DNA of 64,000 bases. Source: a virus (taxonomy: Duplodnaviria; Caudoviricetes). The stretch is from positions 44,675 through 108,674 of the IMG/VR virus record IMGVR_UViG_3300031992_000040; one strand, given 5' to 3'. The notes beneath the pieces were generated by a model. The model did not search any database. It saw only the letters and a program-made list of their open reading frames with translations, and was not told where the DNA came from. Positions 1-9,773 of the stretch are shown here, one piece after another (positions within the stretch are counted from its first letter, which is position 1; the number at the start of each line of letters is the position of its first letter). The translations under genes and the position numbers were made by a program.

Positions 1-1
1 T

Positions 2-823
2 ATGGAGCCGAGCGTTTCGATATCATTAGATGGAGCGATGACTTTTTTAGCGAATAAAACTTATGAACTTAATCTTTTTGAAGAAGGAGATAAAACGAGC
101 ACAAATCCATCGATTTATCCAGTTTTATATTTTCAAGATTCAAATTCTAATGTTAAATTACTTTTGAAACCTGGGGATTTTCCTTATACTTATACCCCAA
201 CAGAAGATGTTTCTATCTCCAAAATAATGGTGTTGCCTGTTTATCACGTTACATATACGGATTATACGGCAAAAATAACTGTTAGAGAGGTGGTTCCAAC
301 GGAATCTCCCTCGGATGCTAAATATCTTTATAATACTCCTTTTAATGGGGTTAATAGCCTTTATACTGATAATTATGAAGTAATCTGGGAAAATGAAGAT
401 GGTCTTTGCACTCTTTCAAATGATTTTGATATTTCATTTGTTTTTAATTTAGATTCAGATTTCTTTATTGATTCGGATAATAATTCTATAGAAGAAGCTA
501 CTATTTTTGAAACAGAAGCAGATGTTTCAGCAGAAAATGATATGTCAAGCTTTGTTGTAAAAATAAATAAATATGATTTAATACTTGAAAGCGGAGATGC
601 TGTTCTTTTAAGAAAAAATATTTTTGGAGGGAATATTTCTCAGGCATTTGTTTTAAGTAGCGTTCCTGAAGTAGACCAGTATAAAGATTATATATGGTCT
701 GATACAGCAACTTGGGCTGATACATATTATTGGGTAGAAGGATTAAGTTTCAACGATAGAATGTGTAATAAATGGTGGAAAGTTGAAATTAAACCAACTT
801 CAATTAAAGCAATATTAATGTAG
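2..823 (+). CDS. Virion tail/baseplate protein, 5'-truncated by the window edge
   Basis: Acidic, beta-rich ORF running in from the window edge, co-directional with downstream tail genes; call rests on context only. Confidence 0.45.
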   Translation: MEPSVSISLDGAMTFLANKTYELNLFEEGDKTSTNPSIYPVLYFQDSNSNVKLLLKPGDFPYTYTPTEDVSISKIMVLPVYHVTYTDYTAKITVREVVPTESPSDAKYLYNTPFNGVNSLYTDNYEVIWENEDGLCTLSNDFDISFVFNLDSDFFIDSDNNSIEEATIFETEADVSAENDMSSFVVKINKYDLILESGDAVLLRKNIFGGNISQAFVLSSVPEVDQYKDYIWSDTATWADTYYWVEGLSFNDRMCNKWWKVEIKPTSIKAILM

Positions 824-835
824 AGGGGTGATTGA

Positions 836-1684
836 ATGATAAAAAAAATAAAATTAAATAAAAGTGTTAAATTAGACTTTTTGCATATAAAAGAAGGCTC
901 TAATTCTGATGATAATATTTTCTCTAATAATCAATATATCCCCTCTTTAAGTGTCGATTCTCGTTTTTTAGTTAAATTTGAGGATACAACGCTAATTGCT
1001 CACGGAATTTCTAATTTGGCATTAGGTAATACTTTTAGTGTTTACAAAAAAGTTAATAATGATTTAGAACTTATTTATGTATCTAGGATAGACGATGGAT
1101 ATTTATCTGTCACAGATTATAAGGTAGCAAATAATAGAAAGTATCAATATTATATATTTAAAGAAACGGCAACTGCTATGTCTCAAGCTGTTTTATCAAA
1201 TGATGTTGTAATAGATTGGTATGATTGGAGTATTATTGATGTTGCCCCAAGTCTAACAGATAAAAATTTATATTATGCAAATCCTTCTTCTATGTGGAAA
1301 TTAACATTAAATCTTTCTAGTGATTCAACAACACAAAATATGAATACTACCGTATATCAAACATTGGCTCAATTTCCAAAAGTTTCTACTTCTAGCAATA
1401 ATTATTCTAGCGGTGGATTATCTTGTTTATTGGGTAGTGTAGAAAAAATTGGGGCTAACACTGCTGATTATAATGAACCTTTTAATAAAATAAAAGAGTG
1501 GAATAAATTTTGTTCTAATGGAAATCTAAAACTTTTAAAAGACAGAAGAGGAAATGTTCGTTTGGTTATGATAACAGATACGAGTTCTGAAATTGATGAC
1601 GTAGTAACTCAACAACCGACTACAATATCTTTTTCCTGGGTTGAAGTTGAAGATATGGATAAAATTTCTGTAATAGGTGTATAA
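836..1684 (+). CDS. Putative tail/baseplate protein
   Basis: RBS GAGGGG; overlaps the next gene (TAATG); C-terminal LLKDRRG...ISFSWVEV resembles phage tail proteins; context. Confidence 0.5.
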   Translation: MIKKIKLNKSVKLDFLHIKEGSNSDDNIFSNNQYIPSLSVDSRFLVKFEDTTLIAHGISNLALGNTFSVYKKVNNDLELIYVSRIDDGYLSVTDYKVANNRKYQYYIFKETATAMSQAVLSNDVVIDWYDWSIIDVAPSLTDKNLYYANPSSMWKLTLNLSSDSTTQNMNTTVYQTLAQFPKVSTSSNNYSSGGLSCLLGSVEKIGANTADYNEPFNKIKEWNKFCSNGNLKLLKDRRGNVRLVMITDTSSEIDDVVTQQPTTISFSWVEVEDMDKISVIGV

Positions 1685-2946
1685 TGTCAACATATAATAG
1701 GAATGCTTTAGCGGATTCAAATAATAATATACTTTGGAACAAATTTGGAGAGGTTCTTAGGTTAGTAGATAGTGAAGATATATCTATGGATTATCTTGAA
1801 AGTGTTTTGCAAAGACCAAATATAAAAACCAGATATAGATTACTTCTTTTAAATCCGGATGAAAGTGTAAATTATGAAATTCCACAAGAAGATATAATAA
1901 TAAATTCTGGTAGTTTTACAGAGAATTATCAGAGTGGACAAAGAAAAAGTTTGACAATAGACTTGGTTAATACTGATGGAAAATATACCCCAAGTATAAA
2001 TTCAATTTGGGTTCATAATAGATTAAGATTGGACGTTGGATTAGAATTTGATGGAAATCTTTATTGGTTTCCTCGTGGTGTTTATATCTTAAATAATCCT
2101 ACTGATTATCATATTCTTTCTGACAAAAAAATATCTTTGTCTCTTTCTGATAAATTTGCGATTTTTGAAGGAAAATCTGGAACATTAGAGACTACTTATG
2201 AAATTCCAGTTGATTCAGATATTGAGGGAGTAATAAAAGGTATTCTTGGTATGGATAGTGGTTCTGGATATCCTTTAGATTCAAAACCCATTTTTTATGA
2301 TAATAATTTATCTGGTATAAAAATGCCTTATACTTTAACTAAGGATGCTGGAAGCACTTTCGGGGAAATATTGTTAGAAATAGGTGTAATATTAAATGCG
2401 GAATTATATTATAATTCACAAGGTAATTTTTGTGTTGTGGCAATTAATGAAACTTCTGATGATTATCAGAAAGCTTCGATGTGGGACTACGAAGAAGGAA
2501 AAAATGATTATTTTGATTCTAATATTAATTATGATTTTGAAAATGCTGTTAATGAAATACACGTTGTAGGAGATAACATATTGAATGATTTATTTTATGC
2601 AAAAGCCGTTAATGATAACCCTTTATCTCCAATATGTGTTCAAAGAGTTGGAAGAAGAATAGATTATATAAATGATTCTGGAATATATAGCGATGATTTG
2701 GCAAAACAAAGAGCACAATATGAGTTGAGAAAAAAGATGATTTTGGGAACCATACTTAACGTAAGTGTGGCTTTTAATCCTTTATTGTTTGTAAATAATA
2801 TAGTGACTATAACAGATTCACATTACAAAATAAAAAAAGAAAGATATATAATACAATCCATTTCTTATACTTTAGGAAACGATAGCGTGATGAGTTTATC
2901 TTGTTCTAATGTTAATGAAAGGGTTAATAGCGTATTACAAATGTAA
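1684..2946 (+). CDS. Baseplate hub / tail-tip protein
   Basis: 420 aa; GVYIL, NEIHVVG and AKQRAQYEL motifs typical of hub proteins; lies before the fibre genes. Confidence 0.55.
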   Translation: MSTYNRNALADSNNNILWNKFGEVLRLVDSEDISMDYLESVLQRPNIKTRYRLLLLNPDESVNYEIPQEDIIINSGSFTENYQSGQRKSLTIDLVNTDGKYTPSINSIWVHNRLRLDVGLEFDGNLYWFPRGVYILNNPTDYHILSDKKISLSLSDKFAIFEGKSGTLETTYEIPVDSDIEGVIKGILGMDSGSGYPLDSKPIFYDNNLSGIKMPYTLTKDAGSTFGEILLEIGVILNAELYYNSQGNFCVVAINETSDDYQKASMWDYEEGKNDYFDSNINYDFENAVNEIHVVGDNILNDLFYAKAVNDNPLSPICVQRVGRRIDYINDSGIYSDDLAKQRAQYELRKKMILGTILNVSVAFNPLLFVNNIVTITDSHYKIKKERYIIQSISYTLGNDSVMSLSCSNVNERVNSVLQM

Positions 2947-2958
2947 AGAAGGTGTTGT

Positions 2959-4260
2959 ATGGATTTTAATTCTAATGAAACAGTCGAATTTAAAAAGACT
3001 ATAGAAGATATAGTTTCGGCACAATTTTATAGAGAAGGAGTCACAAAATATGTTGCTGCAAAAATCACTGCGGTTAATTCAGATGGCACCTTCAATGCAA
3101 TAATTCCGCCTGACGATGAAGTAGAAGTCGTTGGGCTTTTAAATAAATCTAATGATGCTTTACAAGTGGGGGATTCTGTAGAGCTTGTAACAAAAAATGG
3201 AAAGCTTTCTAATGCGTGGATAAGCGCGAAACATAAAAAAAATCATTTTGGATTTACTTATTCTCCCGATGGTCAGAATAGAGGATTATTTGATTATGAT
3301 GTTAATGATTGGATTTATTATAAGTCGCAAGATAATAATTTAAACATTCCTTATTTGGCAGATACAAAAAAAAGAAGAAGTTTCTTTTTACAGAATCATT
3401 CGCGTGATGATGCTCCAAGTTATTATTTAATAGCAAAATTACCAGTAAGCAATACGAGCAATAGGGCAAGCGTTGTTATATCTGGTTTATTTGGGGGGTA
3501 TTCTTCTAATACTCAGGCATATATGGATTTATTGATAGGTAACAGAGACAGATTTACTGTAAGTTTAATGTATACAGGAGATTCTTCTGCGTTTAATTAT
3601 ACTACAGTGGAAGTTTATGAGCAAACGAATGGGGAATATTGGATATATGTAAAGAGGATACAAAGATATACTACGGATACAATTTTTGATATTGTAGCTT
3701 CTCAGGCGGAACTTATTTGTTCTACAACTCCAACCACGCCTTCTGGAAATTTAATAAAAACAGTTGGAGCTGGAGATGCTTCTGGCGGAGGAGGAAGCAC
3801 GGATGTTTCAAGGGCTTATCCCGTTGGTTCAATTTATTTGACTACTTCGTCTACAAATCCCGCAACATTGTTTGGTTTTGGAACCTGGCAACAAGTTTCT
3901 CAAGGAAGAGTTTTAATTGGTGTTGGAACTGGAAATGATGGAAATACTTCTAGGACATATGCTTCTGGAGACACTGGAGGAGAGTATACTCATAAACTTA
4001 CTCTTTCGGAATGTGCTTCACATCAACATAACCCCGATACATCTTCTTGGGGATTTTTAGCTTATGTTCCTGGAGACGTAGAAAGAGTTAGGGTTGGGAC
4101 TAATACGAGTGGTCGATATGCATTTTTAAGTGTAGCAGCAAGCTCAGCAGATGCTTCAGGGTTAAAATATGCAGGAAAAACAGATTCACGAGGTGGTAAT
4201 GGATATCACAATAATATTCAGCCATACTATGCGGTGTATATATGGCGTAGAACGGCTTAA
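2959..4260 (+). CDS. Tail fibre/baseplate protein with gp10-C/collar-like C-terminal domain
   Basis: YPVGSIY...GTWQQVSQGRVLIGVG...GGEYTHKLT...HNNIQPYYAVYIWRRTA signature. Confidence 0.75.
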   Translation: MDFNSNETVEFKKTIEDIVSAQFYREGVTKYVAAKITAVNSDGTFNAIIPPDDEVEVVGLLNKSNDALQVGDSVELVTKNGKLSNAWISAKHKKNHFGFTYSPDGQNRGLFDYDVNDWIYYKSQDNNLNIPYLADTKKRRSFFLQNHSRDDAPSYYLIAKLPVSNTSNRASVVISGLFGGYSSNTQAYMDLLIGNRDRFTVSLMYTGDSSAFNYTTVEVYEQTNGEYWIYVKRIQRYTTDTIFDIVASQAELICSTTPTTPSGNLIKTVGAGDASGGGGSTDVSRAYPVGSIYLTTSSTNPATLFGFGTWQQVSQGRVLIGVGTGNDGNTSRTYASGDTGGEYTHKLTLSECASHQHNPDTSSWGFLAYVPGDVERVRVGTNTSGRYAFLSVAASSADASGLKYAGKTDSRGGNGYHNNIQPYYAVYIWRRTA

Positions 4261-4274
4261 AAGGAGGTAATTAT

Positions 4275-4679
4275 ATGGCACAAAAAATTTTAAATAATGG
4301 TATGACCGGTGCTGCATTTAGAGGAGCTTTAAATGATAATTTTACAGAATTATATTCTTCAAGAGTTCCAATAAATCATGCGGTATCTGCAACTACATAC
4401 GGTGTTGGAACAACATCTAATTATGGGCACGTTAAAGTTACTGCTCAAAATGGTCTATCTATAACTTCTGGAACAATAGCTATGGCCGCAGCATCTACTT
4501 CTCAAATTGGAGCCGTTCAATTAGTAGATGATGCTTTGACCAATGATTCTACTAAGGCTGCTACTGCCGCTGCTTTAAAAGGGGTTAAGGATAGCGCTAT
4601 TTTAACTTATAGTGGAACTTCAGACCCAAGTTCTTCTTTGGGAAAAAATGGAGATATATATATAAAATTATCTTCATAA
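4275..4679 (+). CDS. Short tail fibre-repeat protein
   Basis: YGHVK and GAVQL fibre repeats; C-terminal GTSDPSSSLGKNGDIYIK. Confidence 0.65.
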   Translation: MAQKILNNGMTGAAFRGALNDNFTELYSSRVPINHAVSATTYGVGTTSNYGHVKVTAQNGLSITSGTIAMAAASTSQIGAVQLVDDALTNDSTKAATAAALKGVKDSAILTYSGTSDPSSSLGKNGDIYIKLSS

Positions 4680-4694
4680 AGGAGTTGATTTTTT

Positions 4695-4907
4695 ATGAAA
4701 AGAATAATAAAAAAAATTTGGAATAATAGAATTTTTAGAACTTTTTTGCAAACATTTTTAAGCACAATTTTTGTATATTTTAGTTCAAATGAAATATTTA
4801 ATTTTGATATGAGTGCATTAAGAGCTTTATTTATCAGTGCATTAGCAACTGGTTTAGCAGCTATAATGCCTCTTTTTAATATTGATGAAAATAAGGAGGA
4901 AGAATAA
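4695..4907 (+). CDS. Holin
   Basis: 70 aa, two hydrophobic helices, RTFLQT motif, charged termini, upstream of the endolysin. Confidence 0.7.
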   Translation: MKRIIKKIWNNRIFRTFLQTFLSTIFVYFSSNEIFNFDMSALRALFISALATGLAAIMPLFNIDENKEEE

Positions 4908-5002
4908 TGGATATTAATGAAGAAATCTTAGAAGAAGAATTTGTAGAAGTAATCGGAGATTCAGATGAAGTTATAACAGAAGTAGAAGAAGAGGTGGAGT
5001 AA
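4907..5002 (+). CDS. 31-aa hyperacidic peptide (not in the ORF track)
   Basis: ATG overlaps the holin TAA (TAATG); RBS AAGGAGG; MDINEEILEEEFVEVIGDSDEVITEVEEEVE; stop 1 nt before the endolysin ATG. Confidence 0.6.
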   Translation: MDINEEILEEEFVEVIGDSDEVITEVEEEVE

Positions 5003-5003
5003 T

Positions 5004-5981
5004 ATGGCATATGTAATGAAAGCAGCGGATTTTGTTAAAAAAGCAAAAGATGTTGCAACTAAATATAAAACATTATATGTTTATGCTTGTTTTGGAGCAC
5101 CAATGAACCCCACTAATAAAAAAAGATATTGCAATAATTCAGCTTATAACAAACAAGCAGCTAGAACAAAAAAAATAATGGCTGCATCCGCAGATACTTT
5201 TGGATTTGATTGTGTAAATTTATTAAAAGGGCTATTGTGGGGATGGTCTGGAAATAAAAATGCTACATATGGAGGAGCAAGATATGCTTCAAATGGTGTT
5301 CCCGATGTTAATGCTAATGATATGTTTAAAAAATATTGCACTAATAGAACATCAAATTTTAAAAATATAGCCGTTGGGGAATTTGTATGGATGAATGGAC
5401 ATATCGGCGTTTATATTGGTAATGGACTTGCAGTAGAATGCACTCCTATTTGGAAAGATGGAGTTCAAATTACTGCCGTTGGAAATATTGGTAAAAAATC
5501 TGGGTATAATACTAGAACTTGGACAGAACACGGAAAAAGTATATTTTTAGATTATTCTACTCCAGCACCTACACCAACTCCAACACCCGCACCAACTCCT
5601 AGTCAGAAATTTAAGATAGGAGATAAAGTTATAATAAATGGTTATTTATATGTAAGTTCAAATGCAGCAAAACCATCTGGAACTGTTAAAAATAAAAAAA
5701 CCAAAATAACCAGATATGCAAAGGGAGCAAAGCATCCTTATAATACTACCGGAGATTTAGGATGGATGAATGAAGCAGATATTAAACTTGATAACGCTAC
5801 ATCTTCTCCTGTTTCAACGAAACCAAAAGAAACAATATATGTTGTTCAAAAGGGCGATACTTTAACAAGTATAGCAAAAAAATATAATACAACTTGGCAA
5901 AAGATATATGCAAAAAATAAATTTATAATTGGAAATAATCCTAATATAATTAAAGTTGGACAAAAATTAACGATAGTATAG
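5004..5981 (+). CDS. Endolysin: NlpC/P60-like cysteine peptidase domain, Pro/Thr linker, SH3-like domain, C-terminal LysM
   Basis: FDCVNL...GHIGVYIGNG catalytic motifs; TPAPTPTPTPAPTP linker; YVVQKGDTLTSIAKKY...NPNIIKVGQKLTI LysM. Confidence 0.85.
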   Translation: MAYVMKAADFVKKAKDVATKYKTLYVYACFGAPMNPTNKKRYCNNSAYNKQAARTKKIMAASADTFGFDCVNLLKGLLWGWSGNKNATYGGARYASNGVPDVNANDMFKKYCTNRTSNFKNIAVGEFVWMNGHIGVYIGNGLAVECTPIWKDGVQITAVGNIGKKSGYNTRTWTEHGKSIFLDYSTPAPTPTPTPAPTPSQKFKIGDKVIINGYLYVSSNAAKPSGTVKNKKTKITRYAKGAKHPYNTTGDLGWMNEADIKLDNATSSPVSTKPKETIYVVQKGDTLTSIAKKYNTTWQKIYAKNKFIIGNNPNIIKVGQKLTIV

Positions 5982-5993
5982 AGAGGTGATTAG

Positions 5994-7064
5994 ATGGCGG
6001 TAACTGTTTGGGAAAAGAAAAAAATATATACTTATTCAAGTAGTGCAACAAACACTATTTATTCTAAATGCGAAATAACCTCTCAGTCTCGTAATGCTGC
6101 CACACAGAGCTTTACCGTTAAAATAACAATGTGGGTTGAGACAACCGGAACAGGAACTTTTTATAATGACAAGTGGACTTGTGATATCACTGTCGGTGGT
6201 AAATCCATTAAGACAGGTTTACAAATAAAAGGAACTACTTCCGGAAATATCGCAGGCACTAGATATAATAATAGCGCTTCTGGAAGTGTTACGGTTAGTG
6301 GAACTACTGGAACATTAAATATTAGTGTAACGCATAAAAACGGAACAACGGGCAGCAAACTCGGAGATGCATCTGGAAGTTTTGCCATAAATCCTTTGCC
6401 TTATGTTACGTTGGCTTCGAGTAGTAAAACAGATACAACGGCCACTTTAACTTATTCATCTTCAACTATAAGTCCTTCTAAGGTTGCTGTTTATCAAAAT
6501 GGAACGAAAATAAAAGAAGTTACATCTTCTCCATTTACTATGACTGGATTAAGTCCATCAACAACTTATAAATTTAAGGGTTATGGTTATGGAAACGGAG
6601 ATTGGGGTTCAAATGCCAATGAATTAAATGTTACAACGTATAGACAGACAGTTCAAATTTCTAATGTAACTATTGGTAATTTATTATATAATTCGGCAAC
6701 AGTAACTCCAACCTTTAATAATGCTTCAAATGTTGAGACGGTAAGATATAAGTTATATTCTAGTGATGGTTCATTATTGGGAACTTATACTTATTCAACA
6801 ACATCGCCAATAGCCTTCACTTTATCAGAGCAACAAAGTTATTATTTTGTTATTGATGCATCAACAAAAGACTCTGGTGTGTGGTCAAATGCTTATACAA
6901 CTCCTGTCTTTACAACACCTGCTGACCAGGCATCTGCATATATAAAGGTAAATGGGTCTTGGCAAAAAGGGAAAGTTTGGATAAAAGTTAATGGAACGTG
7001 GCAAAAAGCCAAAGATTTCTATATAAAAAAGAATGATTCTTGGCAGAAAGGGGTTAATCAATAG
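5994..7064 (+). CDS. Ig/FN3-domain virion protein (putative adhesin or fibre)
   Basis: Thr/Ser-rich beta protein; TGLSPSTTYKFK FN3 motif; C-terminal IKVNGxW repeats. Confidence 0.65.
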   Translation: MAVTVWEKKKIYTYSSSATNTIYSKCEITSQSRNAATQSFTVKITMWVETTGTGTFYNDKWTCDITVGGKSIKTGLQIKGTTSGNIAGTRYNNSASGSVTVSGTTGTLNISVTHKNGTTGSKLGDASGSFAINPLPYVTLASSSKTDTTATLTYSSSTISPSKVAVYQNGTKIKEVTSSPFTMTGLSPSTTYKFKGYGYGNGDWGSNANELNVTTYRQTVQISNVTIGNLLYNSATVTPTFNNASNVETVRYKLYSSDGSLLGTYTYSTTSPIAFTLSEQQSYYFVIDASTKDSGVWSNAYTTPVFTTPADQASAYIKVNGSWQKGKVWIKVNGTWQKAKDFYIKKNDSWQKGVNQ

Positions 7065-7096
7065 AGTAGATTTTAAATAAGTCTACTCTTTTTTTT
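7063..7096 (+). terminator. Intrinsic terminator ending the late/structural operon
   Basis: AGAGTAGAT...GTCTACTCT hairpin followed by a T-run. Confidence 0.85.
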
Positions 7097-7197
7097 ACCG
7101 CATTATTTTTTTAAAAAAGACTTGTAATTGACCTCTGGTTATGTTATCTTGATATTAATATTGATGGTATTGTGACCATAAAAACGAGGTGATTTTT

Positions 7198-8196
7198 ATG
7201 AGAAGAATTTATTTTGACAATGCGGCGACAACACCCATAGAAAAGTCTGTATGGAAGTGTATGAAGCCGTTTTTTGTTAGCATATATGGAAACCCTAGTA
7301 GTGCTCATAACGAGGGCAGACGAGCTCATTTCTATGTTGAGAGCTCTCGAAATAATATTGCAGAACTTTTGAAATGCAAACCAGAAGAAATATTCTTCAC
7401 GAGCGGAGCAAGCGAATCTAATTCTTGGATTTCAAAAAATTTATGCTATTGGTGTGACCCTTGGTCTCACGATTCTATGAAGATGGCAAATAAAAAAAAT
7501 GATGCAAAAGTTAAAGCTCATTCATTCCCCTTGGTGGACAGCGAAATGGGACAAAAGACTAAGTTTTCAGATAAAGATTTTTTTGTTCATTTAGATTTAA
7601 CTCAAGCCATAGGGAAAGTAGATATTGATTTATCTAATTCTTTAATTGGTTCGGCTTCGTTTAGTGCTCATAAATTTGGAGGCCCGAAGGGTGTGGGCGT
7701 TTTATATATAAATAGCTTATTACAAAAAAGAATAGAACCTTTAATCTATGGTCATCAAGAAAGAGGATTGCGTGGGGGGACAGAAAATGTTCCTGGTATT
7801 GTTGGTATGGCAGAAGCTTTAAGGTTAGCCATAGAAAATAAAGATAAAAATATAGCTAAAATAAAAAAGGTTAGAGATGCTATTTTAAGTAGAATATCAA
7901 GAAATAATAAGATAGAAGTATATTCTTCATCGAATATTATAAATATAAAATTCAAACATTTAAAAGCATATAGTGCTGTGCAGATTTTTAATCAATATGG
8001 AATTGATATTTCTGCGGGGAGTGCTTGCAATTCTGGTTCTGATGAACCATCGGAGTCATTAACCTCTAGGGGCTTTACAGAAGATGAGGCTTTAAGGACA
8101 ATAAGAATATCTCTCAGTCATCATAATACTGTTCGGGAAGCAAAAAAATTCTGCAAAATATTAAACAGAATAATTGACACCTATGATAAAGAATAG
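7198..8196 (+). CDS. iscS: Cysteine desulfurase (IscS/NifS family, PLP-dependent), compact
   Basis: YFDNAATT, YGNPSS, FTSGASES, SAHKFGGPKG (PLP Lys), RGGTENV, SAGSAC (catalytic Cys); RBS GAGGTG favours the ATG at 7198. Confidence 0.85.
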   Translation: MRRIYFDNAATTPIEKSVWKCMKPFFVSIYGNPSSAHNEGRRAHFYVESSRNNIAELLKCKPEEIFFTSGASESNSWISKNLCYWCDPWSHDSMKMANKKNDAKVKAHSFPLVDSEMGQKTKFSDKDFFVHLDLTQAIGKVDIDLSNSLIGSASFSAHKFGGPKGVGVLYINSLLQKRIEPLIYGHQERGLRGGTENVPGIVGMAEALRLAIENKDKNIAKIKKVRDAILSRISRNNKIEVYSSSNIINIKFKHLKAYSAVQIFNQYGIDISAGSACNSGSDEPSESLTSRGFTEDEALRTIRISLSHHNTVREAKKFCKILNRIIDTYDKE

Positions 8197-8202
8197 TATA
8201 AT
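8174..8202 (+). promoter_or_regulatory. Consensus SigA promoter for the replication operon
   Basis: TTGACA-N17-TATAAT overlapping the last codons of iscS. Confidence 0.8.
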
Positions 8203-8350
8203 GTATATATAAGATTGAACACAGGAAAATTAGGGATTTGTTGTGGATAAATCTGTTGGATTTGAGGTGATGTTCAGAAGGTAAAAAAATAATAAATAAT
8301 AAAAAAAAGAAAAAAGAGAAAAGAATTAAAAAAAGGGAGAAAATAATAAA

Positions 8351-9223
8351 ATGGCAGGATTTCAAAAAGCCAAAAGAGAAAAAATTTGGCTAAAATTACT
8401 TTTAGGTGGTGCCAGTGGGAGTGGAAAAACTTATTCCGCATTAAAATTAGCTACTGGTATTGCTAGTAAGGCAGGAACTAGAGTTGCTGCTGTTGATACT
8501 GAAGCTGGTCGTATAAGATATTATGCTAACGAATTTGATTTTGATGATATGCAATTAGAAGAACCTTATACTCCAGAAAAATATATTGAAGCGATTGATA
8601 GCGCCATACAAGGGGGATATCAAGTATTAATAATAGACAGTATTTCACACGAGTGGAGCTACTGTGTTTCTACACACGATAAGATGCCCGGAAATTCATA
8701 TACAAACTGGGCAAAAATTACACCTAGACACGATTTATTTATGGAAAAAATTTTACAATCTCCAATTCATATTATTGCCACTGTTAGAGGCAAAGATGAA
8801 TATGTTTTAGAAGAAAAAGAGGGAAAACAAAAACCTAGAAAAGTTGGACTTGGTTATAAACAAAGAGATGGCATAGAATATGATTATACAGCCACTTTTA
8901 ATATAGCTCAAGACACACACGTTGCTGAAGCAACAAAAGACAATACTCACTTGTTCGAAGGTAAATATGACCCTCTATCAGAAAAAGACGGAGAAGCATT
9001 ATACGAATGGGCAAATTCAGGACAAGAGCCAGCTTTCAATAAAGAAAAAGCACAAGAAGAAATAATTGCTTTGGCTACTGAACTAGGGGGAAGCAAAAAC
9101 TCAAAAGTTGTAGAGGCTACTCAGTCAATATTAGGAGTTGCTAATCCAAAGTTCTGCAAAGATACAGCTTTGTTAAAACAATCTTTGGAGGCGCTAAAGA
9201 AAATAAAAGAGGAAGGAAATTAA
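8351..9223 (+). CDS. AAA ATPase, Sak4-like single-strand annealing recombinase
   Basis: GASGSGKT Walker A, VDTEAG, IIDSISHEW; adjacent to SSB. Confidence 0.75.
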   Translation: MAGFQKAKREKIWLKLLLGGASGSGKTYSALKLATGIASKAGTRVAAVDTEAGRIRYYANEFDFDDMQLEEPYTPEKYIEAIDSAIQGGYQVLIIDSISHEWSYCVSTHDKMPGNSYTNWAKITPRHDLFMEKILQSPIHIIATVRGKDEYVLEEKEGKQKPRKVGLGYKQRDGIEYDYTATFNIAQDTHVAEATKDNTHLFEGKYDPLSEKDGEALYEWANSGQEPAFNKEKAQEEIIALATELGGSKNSKVVEATQSILGVANPKFCKDTALLKQSLEALKKIKEEGN

Positions 9224-9231
9224 AAAAGGAA

Positions 9232-9732
9232 ATGAGAGTAAAAACGGTTGATAATTTTAGAGTTTGGGAAATAAAAGAAAGCGATTCTGGAAAGAGCGCA
9301 TTAGTGCAACTTCAGGAAAGTCGTAAGGTAAATGAAGAAAATGCTTATGATAAAAGTTTAATAGATAACGGGGTTGCTAAAAGAGGATATGTAAATACTA
9401 ATTATTTTAATGTAAAATTTATTGCGCACGCATATAATAAATTAAAAGAGATTGAAATAGGGGATTCCATCACAAATGTTGAATTTGAGATGAAAAAAGA
9501 ACCTTATTATAATAAAGCAGAAGAACAAATTGTTTATCCTAATTATCCTAATATTACAGTTACAGACTTTACTGTTAATAGTGGAAAGAGATATAACTTG
9601 GAGTTCGTAGAAGCACCTGCAACAAAAGGTATAAATATGGATAAAGCACCAAAAGTTGAAGAGTCAACTCCGGAACCTGTTGTTGAAGAAGTGGACAATT
9701 CAAAGTCTCCAGAAGACATTTGTCCTTTCTAA
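9232..9732 (+). CDS. ssb: Single-stranded DNA-binding protein
   Basis: OB-fold size, acidic tail ending EDICPF, lies between the recombinase and the primase. Confidence 0.65.
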   Translation: MRVKTVDNFRVWEIKESDSGKSALVQLQESRKVNEENAYDKSLIDNGVAKRGYVNTNYFNVKFIAHAYNKLKEIEIGDSITNVEFEMKKEPYYNKAEEQIVYPNYPNITVTDFTVNSGKRYNLEFVEAPATKGINMDKAPKVEESTPEPVVEEVDNSKSPEDICPF

Positions 9733-9773
9733 AATTAAATAAAAAAAACAAAAAATTTTAGGAAAGGCGGCAG

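Noticed and set aside
5559-5600. Short tandem repeats inside the endolysin
   Set aside because: Ordinary Pro/Thr interdomain linker
7198-8196. Cysteine desulfurase as DndA/SspA of a DNA phosphorothioation system
   Set aside because: No dndBCDE- or sspBCD-like genes are recognisable in the window
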